Assembly (NCBI GenBank): GCA_965153285.1
Contig: OZ229113.1
Length of the DNA: 64,000 nucleotides
Source of the DNA: Podarcis tiliguerta
Lineage: Eukaryota
Strand: one strand, 5' to 3'
The notes under the pieces: generated by a model
Told to the model about the DNA's origin: nothing
The model's database searches: none
The model's input: the letters and a program-made list of their open reading frames with translations, nothing else
Program-made: the position numbers and the translations under genes
Shown: one piece after another, positions 1 through 11,520 of the stretch
How the letters are laid out: each line of letters begins with the position of its first letter
Numbering within the stretch: position 1 is the first letter of the stretch

Positions 1-214
1 TAACTTTGAAAATGAGGAAAGCCTGCTGACCCCCCCCCCCCCGGAGCATCCAAAATAGAAAAGGAAAACATTGACGGAGGAGAAATGATGAAGAGTAAAT
101 AAAGTCCCGTCAGGCAACAGTTTCTTTCATGCTTGGTTCAGTGGCCTAAGTGCCAAACCTGAATTTGTGTGCGCGTGTATGCCAAAGGAAAGAGGCACCA
201 GTTAACGTGAGGAT

Positions 215-790
215 AATGTGAAATGTGCATAGTTATCAAAATGTACACGTGCCAGCAAATAATGAATAATGATGGCACCATCATGCACTTGTATTTTTGT
301 CTTTGCCTTGGGTTGTGGGCTGCTGAAAAGAGCAAGGAAGTTCTTTCCGTTAGTATCATAGATATTACGCGCACAATTTTCAGCGTCATCCTTCTGAAAA
401 TCCTGGTGCTGCTTTTTGCCTTTATCTTCTAGTTTGTGAAATGAATCAACAATTGGATCATCAGCAGAGTTCCATCTGTCAAGTATTACTAAGTCTGGGA
501 CATCATCCAGGGATGGATTTCCCATAGTTTCTATGTCCAGAATAGGTTTCTGACTTGTCTTTGAAAGTTCCTTTGCCCTTATTTATGATGTGGGAAGTCT
601 GGGGTGATGTCTGAGCCATCACTTGGAACATGCCCTTTCTCAAAACGTTTTTCAGCAGGTTGCTAACTGTGGACCAGAGAGCATCCAGCATCTGAAAACA
701 GTGGAGTTTCATGAAGACCAGAATTATGCACTCCTACATTCCTTGACAATCTTGTTTTCTCATTCACTAGATTCATCAATTGGGGGTGTG
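215..790 (-). mobile_element. Degenerate DNA-transposon transposase relic (Academ-like)
   Basis: Frameshifted pieces in colinear order: IDESSE*ENKIVKE..., NSTVFRCWMLSGPQLA, HHK*GQRNFQRQVRNL, MGNPSLDDVPDLVILD...GKKQHQDF...NFLALFS, DGAIIIH. These match, from memory, the DQAHEQ..VKG.GG..GLTENP..RRWM..GP..GNPF.D motifs of XPG/CXC-containing Academ-type transposases. Confidence 0.6.
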
Positions 791-838
791 TGTGGTTTCT
801 TCTTTTATTCAGGAGCCAGTCTTGATGATTCTCTAAAT

Positions 839-1553
839 CCAGAGATAGGGAAACTGTGGTTCTACAGCTGGTGCTGGGCTGAAATTTCCACAGTCCTTAA
901 CCACTGTCACAGAATGTGCTGGTCAGTAATCACACAGACCAAAGTTGGAGTTAACTTTGTATTAGCAAAAACAAGATCTCCACAGACTTGGCTGAGTGTC
1001 AAGCCTAATGAACACAGCAGCTCATTCCCAGTGGGTCTTCCTCCATGAAATTAGTTGCCAAGACTAAAGGTCCCTACATCTCCACAGCTGTCTGTCTCTT
1101 CCTCTCCAGGTCTTTTACCAAGCAATCAGAGACTGTGCCTGCATGCAGCCAATCTCTCCTCTGCCCTTTTCATGCCTCTCCTGGTTATGAAAGACACAGG
1201 GAGGGGGTAGTGGAGTTTGCCCAGCAGGAAAGGGAGACCCCCATGACTCTTCATCAGCTTGACTCATCTCTGCCTGTTGACCTTCCTCCTCCCACTTGCC
1301 AGCTTCAGCTTCTGAATGTTGACTTCTCCCTAGAACAGACTCCCAGCTCACTAAGCCCTGTTACCCCTTCAGCTTCTGACACCTCCTCTTCCCAGTCTTC
1401 TCCCTCTGACCACTCATCACTGTCCTGCCGCCACTGGGCTCTGAGCCTTCTTCCCTTGCTGGTTCCAACCAGTCCTTGACAACCATTGTTGGCTGGGGCT
1501 GATGGGACTGGAAGACCAAGAACATCTTGAGGGCCACAGGTTGCCCACCCCTG
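839..1553. mobile_element. hAT-type palindromic MITE split by a solo LTR
   Basis: Left half 839-904 and right half 1482-1553 join into the same MITE seen at 50590, 51205, 53450 and 55124; degenerate 8-bp flanks ctctaaat/ctttaaaa. Confidence 0.7.
905..1481 (-). mobile_element. Solo LTR (Gypsy-like)
   Basis: TGTCA...TGACA termini, 5-bp flanks accac/accat, 577 bp. Confidence 0.75.
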
Positions 1554-1595
1554 CTTTAAAAAAGTGGTTAATAAACAGAAAGGGTTTACAAAGCC

Positions 1596-2531
1596 AAAGT
1601 GAGTAAATGAGCAGTAAAATGGCAAATGCAATTCAGTGTAAACAAGTGTAGAATGATGCACTTTGAGGTTTAAAGTCTTACTGAACACCCATGAGGGTCT
1701 CAACTGGTGGCAACTGACCAGGAAGAAGACCTTGGGGCTGTAGCGGATAATTCAATGAAGCTGTCAACCTTGTGTGTAGCAGCTGTGAAAAAGGCAAATT
1801 ACATGCTAGGGATGATTAGGAAAGGTATTGAAAATAAACCTGCTGATATCATAATGCCAGTATACAAATCTATGGCGGGACCACATTTGGAATACCATGT
1901 GCTCTTCTGGTCCCCTCATCTGAAAAAGGATATTGTAAAGTTGGAAAAGGTTCGGAAAAGTGCAATCAAAATGATCAATGGGGATGAGGAAAGGTTTCAG
2001 CTTTTGGGGACATTTTTGTTTAGAGAAAAGGCGAATAAGAGGTGATATGATAGAAATTTGTAAAATTATGCATGGCATGGAGAAAGTGGTTAGAGGGCAT
2101 GGAGAAAGTGGTTAGAGAATTTTCTCCCTCTCCCTCATAGCACTAGAACCTGTGGACATCCAATGAAGCTAAATGTTGAAATATTCAGGACAGACAAAAA
2201 GTAGTTTTTCTACACAGTGTATAATTAAAGTATGGAATTTGCTTCCACAAGAGGCAATGATGGCCACCAACTTGAACGGCTTTAAAGGAGTACTGTATTA
2301 GACAGCCCATGGAGGATAAGGCTACCACTGGCTATTAACCCCAGGGGGCTATTACACCCACTTTCAGAGGCTTCTGAATACCAGCTGAGTTCTGAACTGC
2401 AGGGGACGAGAGTGCTCTTGCACTCAGGTTCTGTGCATGGGCTTCCCATAGGCATGTGGTTGGCAACAGTGAGAACAGGATGCTGGACTTGATGGGTCAC
2501 TGGCCTGGTCAAGCAGGTTCTTCTTGTGTTC
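1596..2531 (+). mobile_element. CR1 LINE 3' fragment
   Basis: ORF 1707-2045 (KKANYMLGMIRKGI...PHLEY..FWSPHLKKDI.KLEKV) is a CR1 ORF2 C-terminus, followed by a CR1 3' UTR. Confidence 0.92.
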
Positions 2532-5339
2532 CTTTAGTGATTGGACGGGGTTTCCTCTCACTGATATGCCGATACGTATTTGATAACTACTTTTGCACAT
2601 GCCCCAAGACAAAAAAATATGTTTAAGTTGACAGATGGCCAACCCTCTGGAGGGGTTCACATGCCGGAGTGGGATTGATGAAAGTACGAAGTGGACATGG
2701 CCAAAGTTTTTAAAAGGGGTGTGACTATTTCTTTTCTAAGTAGAAATAGGGGTGAAAAATACCTTTTGGCATCAGGGAATCACAGCAGAGGGGAGTGCAG
2801 TGTTTTTTTTTTTTTTAAATGAAAATTATGACAAATTGGGGAATCACATCAGGGCACCTATGAAAGCTGGGAGATTTCTTTTAAAAGTAATAATTAAAAT
2901 GTCTTTAAAAAATTTAAAATGGACAAAAATTGGAGACTCCTTGTGCAGCGACAGCAAAACCTTTTGGCATCATAGTGAGGGACTCATAGTTTGTTTTGTT
3001 TTTAAAACTAATATAATAATAATTCTTTTTTAAAGATACATTATTGGGAAGCCACGAAAAACTTACGGGGGTGGGCACAACCATAGCCCACTGGTTAGCC
3101 ACGACTGTCACAGAAGGAGACCACAACAGAAGGCTTATCCAGACTTCCATTTAGCCCATTCTTACTTTTGGGGAAACCCGTTGTTTAGCACTGAATTGGA
3201 GCAAACGGCAATCGGGTTTTGCACCGATTGCAGTTTGTTCCAATTTTATCACCAAATAGTGAGTTTTCTAGGGGGAAGTTGTGCGGCAAAGGCAAAACTG
3301 CTTGGACCTGTGCTTTCTAGGCGGAAGTGTATTCAAGCCCTCAGATGAGAGGGCAAATAACTACATTTGCCTGGCTTCAACAATGTGCCTGCTAATAGCT
3401 CACAAGGAAGATCTCTGGTGTTGGCTAACTATGGGGGAAAGGGTGCTTTGCACACAGAGTATCTTGTGCAAAACAGCCTGTCTCCACAAGGCAGATTTAA
3501 GTGAATGAACTTAAGCTCATTGATAGCACTTTTCTGCATAGAACCTTTACAGCATAGGACCTCAGCATAGGACTCAAGACACAAACACTCAAGTCCAGAC
3601 TCCATTCCCAAAACTGGGGGTGCCAAAACAGAGCATCACACAAGTAAGCAAGGGAAAGGGGAACACCTGTTCTCATGTGTAACTGCTACAGCTGTTTCCC
3701 TTGTCTCGCCCAGCCACTTTCCCATGAGTGAATACTGTGTCTTCCACAAACTGTCTTTGCTCTAGCACTCTTCTCCCTTAACTGTGGGGAGCAGTAATCT
3801 CCACAAAGGAGAAAGATTCACTCCCACATGCAGGTAAGCTCTCTGTTGGCAAACACCATTATCATCACTGGGCAGAGGCTCAAGAGGTCTTTTGCCTTGC
3901 AGGATCACAACCCAGATGCACGGAGCAGAACAAACCTCCCTTGTGCACACAGTTTCGCTACAATCTGCAAGGGGGAGCTATATGCCTGCATTGTTTTTCT
4001 CAGGTCCGCGCTTAGATAGCACCACTCATTTTCTCAGCTTCATAATCACTTGCTGTGCATCTAGATCCAAGTACTACATGCTCCAGCTGCTGACCATTCC
4101 TCATTGTCCTCTTTCTGTCTTCTTGGGCTCTCTGCAGGCCACTGTCCCAAAGGTAGAGAGGTCCACCCCACACCTCGACAAGCCCATCCTGGTGATCAGC
4201 AGCAACGACCCAGATATTGTTGACTGTTCTTTCATGTTAACATATTTGTGCTAGGCAGGCTCCTGTATCCTGGAAAAATGCACAACAGACAGTTATGCAA
4301 CAGGTGAAGTTGTTTCTACTGTGGAGCTGGTGCCGTAACTTCCTGTCCTGCCACTGTCCAAGGCACAAGAGCCTTACTAGAGTGCCTGCCTGCCATCCCA
4401 CACATTTGACTTCCCTTTCAGAATCTCCTGCCTCCTGGAGACTGTTCCATAAAGGATTTCAGTTTTGCCACATGTGTTGCTTCTTTGCTGAAGGTGGTGG
4501 ATATGGGTCCCCCCCCCCGATCACCCCATTTCCCTGGGGTTTGTCAGATCGCACAAATGGGATTGGTGCTGGGGTGTATTTTGCACTTACTGGGTTAGGA
4601 AAGCGAAGGATGTGTATAATGCAGAAGAGATCAAGAAGGGCATTGAAGCCTTCTAGGATGCTACCTGACAGGGTTAGCATATGAGGCAACATTGGGTGGG
4701 GGATGGCCACATCAGGGGAAAGAGTGGGCCAAAAGGCAATTGCTCTATTCGGGGACAAGGCTATTGGTCCATGCAGTGCTGCCCTTGGTTGTATGGAGGC
4801 CCAACATCCCTCCTATTTTCTAGCATGAGGATGGGGTGTGTGTGTCTTAATTTGAAGCATGGTCCTTCAGCATGCAAAACATGAGCCATTCTGTGCAGAT
4901 AGTTCCTCTTGCATCCCCTGTGCTTGTGGGGCGGGGTGTGTGTGGAGGCAGGGGACGGGACAAAGACCTCATGCAGTGACTGAGCTCTGTTCCAACCAAC
5001 TGGTTAGGGAGCTGCCTTGCAGAGTTTGCGGCTCCCTCTCTTTTGCTCCTGAGATGACTGTCTGCCCACCTTGCTGTCATATAAATGGTGAAGGGGGCTA
5101 TATTCCTGCCTTCCCTCTGGAATGTTGATCTCAGGGTCAAGCCCCACGATGGGCAAAAGATTCGTGCATTGCAGGGAGTTGGACTAGATGTTCAGTGCTG
5201 TCCAGTGAGCCAGTGGAGGCTGCTGCTATCTCTCTGTGTGTGTCTTTGGCTGCCTTGGTTGCCTGTCCTGGTTCCTCCCCCTTAGCTACTTGGCAAAAAA
5301 AGTTTTTCCTTTCTCTGGGTAGGTCTCAAGATTCAGGAG

Positions 5340-5388
5340 CTCTCTCTCTCTCTCTCTCTCTCTTTGTGTGTGTGTGTGTGTGTGTGTG
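5340..5388. repeat. Compound (CT)n(GT)n microsatellite
   Basis: Direct reading. Confidence 0.95.
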
Positions 5389-6589
5389 TTTTCTCTGCAG
5401 TCTGTTATGTGGGTGTGTTTTCTCCTTCCCTTTCTCTGTGCTTTGCAGCTAAAACAGTGTGTGTGAATGGTATAAGAGGATTTGAACCTCAGACTGTGGG
5501 GTTGCCTTGGGACTGCCTGTAACAGGGTTACAAGCTGTGGGCTTGTTCACATGGTGTCTTGTTCACATAGTGATGTAAGAGTGTGTGCCAGGGTGGAGTG
5601 GGATTTCTACATTGCCATTAGCTCTTTGTATGGGGGGTCATGTGGGCACTGGTGGCAGTACAATCCCCAATTGTGGCCCAGAGTGGCTGGGGAAACCCAG
5701 CCAGATGTGTGGGGTATAAATAATAAATTGTTGTTGTTAGGCTGTGGTGGTGTTTCCTGGGACACTGTGTGAGTGTCTATCATTCTAATGCATTTTTAAT
5801 ATTTTTTTGTATGTATGTTCCCTTTTTCTCCTGGCCATGCAGCAGAGGTGTATTTCTGCCCTGGCATAATATGAGTGCTCTGTTAGGCACAATTAAGAAG
5901 AGCTCAGGTTACAATGACAGGTAGAAAGATTTTTCTATGAAAACAAGTTATTTGGTGGGTTATTTTGTTCATTTCTGCACTGTGGAACAATATGTGGCCT
6001 CTGTAGAATGCCACAAAAGTCCTGACAGTTTCTGAATCGGAGGTCCAATCCAGCTTCAATTTGGGGTTGAACTGGAAGGATACGTCCTTGGGCATTTAAA
6101 GATGCTGCCATGAACCCAGAGATAAATAGTAGCTTCAGTGAATACTTAGACTTCAAAAACAACTTTGTTGCCAATGTCAGCAAACTACTCTGCATAGAGT
6201 GAACTCTCTTGTGAAGTTAGCTTTTGCATCATCAGGAACCTGAACGTATGCCAAAACTGCAATAACAAAAACCTCTCACTGTTATTGTTTATAAAGACAA
6301 ATCAGCTAATTGAACAGTATCACACTGAAATCGCTTTTGAAAACGAAAAGACAGTTGTGAACGAACAAGGAACTGGTTTGTGGCATTATGGTCATGCGTG
6401 TCCTCCTGGTGTAATAACTGTATAAGTTTGGCCGAATATCTAATGGTAAATTAGTGATTACATTGCCACCAGATGGAAATATAATAATAGCATAAAGCCA
6501 CCAAATAACTGTAAAGGGCAGAACAATAAAACCAAAATTAACCGGAGGCAAAAAGGATTTAAAACTGTTAGATCAAACAGCAATTAGAA

Positions 6590-6780
6590 ACTTCTAAAAA
6601 GCCTGGGCAGATAAAAAGGCCTTCATCTGGCACTAAAAAGTGCAGTGCTTGAATCTGGCAAACCTCTCTGATATCATGTGAACTCCAGAGATGGGGTGCC
6701 AGCACTGAAAAAGCCCTACACATGCAGCAAAATGAATTGGGAACTAGGTGGGGGAATGGTGAGGTGACAGAAAGCACTCC
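6590..6780 (-). mobile_element. L2 LINE 3' fragment
   Basis: Translation RAFSVLAPHLWS resembles the L2 RAFSVAAP.LWN.LP tail. Confidence 0.65.
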
Positions 6781-6869
6781 ACCTCTTTAGCCTGAGGACA
6801 GAGAACACCATTTTTAAAAAGTGCTTCTTTAAAAACTAGCATATAAACCTTGCTTGTTGCACTGGTTTT

Positions 6870-7110
6870 AAGAATGTAGGAGCCCTGCTGGAAAGACGCA
6901 CGGGTCTTTCTAGTACAGCATTCTTTTTCCAACTGTAGTCAACCAGACAGTTCTGGGCATTCAGGCAAAAGTTCTCTTGTTGTTTGCCTACCCTCCAAGA
7001 ACTGATATTCAAAGGAATGTCGTCTCTGCATTGGGAAGCTTTGTTTAGTAATTGTGGCTAGTGCCTGTTCAAGGACCTGCCTCCCAGGAAAATATCGAAT
7101 CCCATTTTAA
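6870..7110 (-). mobile_element. Old CR1 3' UTR fragment
   Basis: Degenerate reverse complement of the 2330-2531 CR1 tail. Confidence 0.55.
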
Positions 7111-9099
7111 ATAAATGAAGTTGATATGCTTTTAAACATTATAATCTTAATTCTTTATGTGTGTCTGTGTGTTTTTTTAAAAAACTTTTTTGTTTCAGAT
7201 TTCTAGTATGTTGCCTCCAGGCCGTCTTTGTAAGGCAACTAGCAAACTAAATAAAAATAAAAATTAATAATAAAAAAATTATTTTAGGAGATCTGCTATC
7301 CAATAGTGTCTTTGAGTGTGAGCTGTGCAAAGAGGTTGCCCCAGCTGCAAACTTAGTGGGTGGATACAGGCAACTGATATGGAAATTGTATCTGCAATAT
7401 GGGTGTAATAATGCTGACCTACTTTCGAGGAGTGTAACAAGAATCACAATGTACATGGAGTGCTTGGAACACTATAAAGTGCAACATAAGTACTAAATAT
7501 TATCATTATTACAACAGATTCTTAACCTGTGCTTTCTGAAAGACAGCCTCCCATTTATGTCCTGCGCAGTAATATTTGCAGGGCCTTTCAGATGTTTACG
7601 AAACATTTAGAAAACCACATCTCAATGCTTCCATAAAGATGTGTATTTTGTTGTTATTAGATATTGTAGTCTTGGTCCTAATGCATATCACTTTGTTCTC
7701 TTTATCCGTTTATGATAGGATCATTTACTCAGATTATTTGTGCATTTATTTCCTTCTCCACCAATGGGCACAGGTTCTTGGGTGAGTCATGGGCAGATGA
7801 GCTCTATCTGCTCAGCATGCAAGTTACTTAAAAAACCCCAAAAACCTTCTATGAGACCTTATGAAATATAAAATGCGTGATAACTTCTCAGAGGCTTGGA
7901 AATGGCACTGTAGAGCTGGCATAGCCTGTGGTAAACACATACACCATGGTCTATGGGCAAACTGGTTTGGGAAGTTTTCAAAGGGCTTTAAATTGTACTG
8001 TAGAAAGTTGAAACTGGCCCCCCAAATCTTATTGGTGCAACAGATCAGCATGTTTGGGCTTGATTTCTGTGTGTATGTGATAGAGTGCTCACAATGAGAA
8101 CACACTTTTTGCTGTTTTTTAAGTATGTGAAAGAATCGATGCTTAAATACATATCCTCACGCACTATAGCCATTAAAGCAGTTCAGAGCTATCTCTCCCT
8201 CTCATCCATGTCCCACACACTTCCGTTTTCTTGGCTGTGTGTGTCAGGCACTGTGTATTCATTTCTGCAGCCATAAGGGCTAGTAACTTGTTTGTTTGTT
8301 TTTTAGGTGGAAACCAAAGTTCTTAGGAAGCTAAATTACCAGTTTCCATGTTCACATTCAGTGCTTGTTGTGTACTTCAGAAACATGACTTACAGACACA
8401 TCTTTCCCCATCCTTCACTGTGGTGCCCAGTGAATTTCGGCTACAAAGGGAGCTGAAGAACTGGCTGTTTCTGTTACTATTGGTTGGTGCCTCCAGTTCA
8501 AAATACAATGGAGACAATGTGGATTTGCCTCCTGTATTCCATTATGCTCAAAATGGGAAGCTATATTCCCAAAAGTGTGTGGAAATTCTGTTTTCAGCTC
8601 TTTGTTATTTGGGGGGGGGGGGGTTGAGAAGGGATGGGCAAAAACGTAAGGTGCAAAATTCCCACTGGAAGGTGAGGGTGAGGAAAGGAAACAGGGGGAG
8701 ATATGTTAGGGGTTAGACTTGAGAATTGAACTTTAGTAAGAGTATATGGTGGAGAGGGTTAAGTCTCCTGCCTCCTAGAGACAAGAAAAGGAGGCACAAA
8801 TTTTCATTTCATCTCATTGCCGTTTAATTGTAAAGACGTGTGGAAATTAAAAATGCTGGAAGCTAATCCCTGCAAATTCATTATAACCACTGTGGTTTGT
8901 GGATATCTGTAGCTAGCCACAATCCACAGGCCAAGAGGAGCTGTATTAAATCAATATGAACATGGTTCCTCCGCCGCCTTTTGGCTTTTTTATGTCTGTT
9001 TTGCCAGCGAAGTGTCATACGGGTGCAATCCACATACCTATCGAAACCAATGACCACAATTCCGTAGATTTTAATGGATCTGGAGTATACCTAGCAAAA

Positions 9100-11520
9100 T
9101 TAAAGCGTGAGATGCGTTTGGTTTGGTTGACAGCCCGCAGGGTTTATGTAATAGGGCACACAAGACGGGGGAGCGGGCGTATGAGGTTGGAAGGAGAGAA
9201 TAAATCTGGGAGCCGATCAGATTTGGGGGCCGCCCGATCGCCGAGATGGAATGCATCTCCTGAATTAATACAACGACCCCGACCTCCCGGCCAGAGAGCT
9301 CGGCTTTTAATTCTGCAAAATCCAATTTGTGAGCCTGCAATTGAGATGGATGGTGCAGACATGCTCTTTAAATCAGTGTCTGCTATTTTGGGGGGGGGGC
9401 AAGTGGAGGCGGGAGGAGAACGTGTGTTCGCCCTGTGCTGCGCTGCAGCCCGACTCCCGGCCTCACTCGCCCTGTCTCTTGATTTTGGTAAGAGCCTGCT
9501 TCAGGCTTACGCATCTCAGCGCGGCGAGGTGTCGTGTGTGCTTTTGCAGCGTGCCGTACCTGGGAGACGAGGGGCCCTGAGGTGTGGGAAGTGTGCAGAG
9601 CCTCCGTGTGTGTGTGTGTTTTGTGTGTGCGCGCCCTGCCTGGGTGTGGCTTAGGCTTGGGACGTGTGCCTCCCCCTCGCATTGCCACAGAGACACTTCT
9701 ATGCCTTCTGATGCCTTGAAATAAACGTGCCGAGATTCCAGGCTGGCTCCGAGGAGTTCCTGGTGGAGATGGGTTTGCGGGGTGTGTGTGTGTGGTGGGG
9801 GGGAAAGAATATTTTTTTTAAAGGGCAGCATGTCGCTTTAAGAAGTGGCTGCGTCTTTAAGAGGGAAGAGGCGGCGGAAAGAAAACTACCTTGAGGTATG
9901 GGGCTGGCCTATGCTAATTGCGGGGGCGGTGCCAGGATGAATGGAGGGAGGTGAGGGCGGTGCTGCTTTACAGGGGAGGAAGGACCCATGCATTCAAGGC
10001 CTGTCTCTTTAAGGAATCAGTTGATACCATTCCGAGAGAGAGGAAAGGGGGGGATCTAGCCCCCCCTCTCCTTTCCACCGGGACACTACCATTCCCGTTG
10101 CTGGGGAGGCGAGGCGGCCCCGATGGCTTGGAGAAGTCAAAGTCTGCCCGTGAGTGAGGAGGGGACGTTCCATTGATTGGGTGGGCCGGGGGGGTTGGAG
10201 GAAGCGCGCGCGCGATAGGCTGCTTCATTCGCGGGGAGCGGACGGGGGGGGCGCGCGCAAGAGAAGGAGGGAGGCCGAGGGGCGATGGGCGGTACCATGT
10301 GGGAGAGGGGGAGGAGGAGAAGGAGGAGGGGGGAGGCTGGCTGGCTGGCGGACAATGGAGCCTGTGTGTGTTTGCGGGAAAGGAGCGAGTTCGCCGTCGC
10401 CGGGGGGAGACGCTGCGCCGCCGCCGCCGCCTCCTGCCCGGGGCTGAGAGGTGCCCCCCGGCCGGGCCAGGCCCCTCCGCCCTTGGTGGGCAAGAGCGGT
10501 GAGCGTGCGGAGGGAGGCGGGCAGGAGGATCCTCCGCATGGTGCCAGCGGCACCCGTGGAAACTGCGGGCCGTGGGGAGGCGGGCTGTGCGCGCGCGTGT
10601 GTTGAGGTGGTGCTGGTGGGGGGGGGGCGACGCGGCGAGAGGACGAGGGGCCGCCGGGTAACCGCCCTCCCGCCTGCCTGTTCGGGGGAAAGTTTCGGAG
10701 TTTGGGGGCTGGTCGAAAAACCTGGCGCGGGCGGGCGCGGGGAGCGTGAGGTGGGGGCGCGGGCGGGAGGGAAAGAGGCGGGAGGGGTCGGCGCTTGGCA
10801 AAGCGAGGCGGGGGTGGGGGCGGCTCCGATTAGTCGCCCGAGGCGGGCGGGCGGGGGGGGGCGGGTTGGAAGGAGAGCCGTGGAGGAGGCCGGAGGGAGG
10901 AGGCGTGTCCATCGCATGAGGGGAAGAACAAACGGCCGGGGGGGGGGGGAGAGAAACCTTGAGTCTGGGAAAAGGGGGGCGGGTGGGCTATCTGTGTACA
11001 CGGAGTAGTATGTGGATGCTCTTGGGTGGGTGTGTGGATGGGGTGCGTGTTGTGGCAAGGCGGGTGTCTGGGCAGGAGATGCCAGCCCTTTCGGGACGGG
11101 GGGGGGGGGGCTCGTGCGTCTCTGTGGGTAACGGAGGAAGGCAGCCTGGGTTAGGAAAACAGGGTGGAAGAAACGGAGTGAGCCTGGGAATTTGGGGGTA
11201 AGGAACGCTTCACACTCCCCCACCCCCGTTTTCCTTCTCCCCGTTCCAGTTAAATAAGGGGATTTGCCATTGTGGGTCGCCGCTGAAAGGGGGAGGATTT
11301 TGCAGATGCTTCTGGAGGTGAGGAGCTGCTTTAGGCTTTGAGGTAGTGGGGGGGGGGGGGAGAGGAGAGGGACGGAGTGTGTGTTTGTGTCTTCTGGGCT
11401 GCCTAGGCAGTCGCCATGGGCCTGAGGGGGCAGTACAGAAGAATAAAAGTGCAAGGGGGTAAGAAAACGGTTTGTGGATCCAGTGAGTGGAAATGGGGTG
11501 GCCGTAGGCGACCCTCCGTA
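9100..11520 (+). promoter_or_regulatory. CpG island / BCL9 promoter region
   Basis: Sharp rise in GC and CpG (gcgcgcgc, ccgccg runs), GC boxes, ATTGG (CCAAT) near 10176, G-runs; several strong 5' splice donors. Confidence 0.85.
10340..10498 (+). other. BCL9: Candidate non-coding first exon of BCL9 (5' end approximate)
   Basis: Lies in the CpG-island core downstream of the CCAAT/GC boxes; donor gcg|gtgagc at 10499. Confidence 0.5.

Noticed and set aside
1707-2045. 112-aa ORF as a host gene
   Set aside because: CR1 ORF2 remnant.
2073-2118. Tandem duplication of ~22 bp (a similar one at 14480-14524)
   Set aside because: Ordinary local slippage duplication; not an array.
5075-5325. TATA-like CATATAAAT plus donor-like ctgg|gtaggt as another BCL9 first exon
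   Set aside because: Plausible, but there is no CpG island or other support from sequence alone.
8956-11454. Long overlapping ORFs (232, 314, 409, 185 aa) in the BCL9 CpG island
   Set aside because: Low-complexity Pro/Arg/Gly/Ala translations on both strands are expected from stop-poor GC-rich DNA; no recognisable domain.
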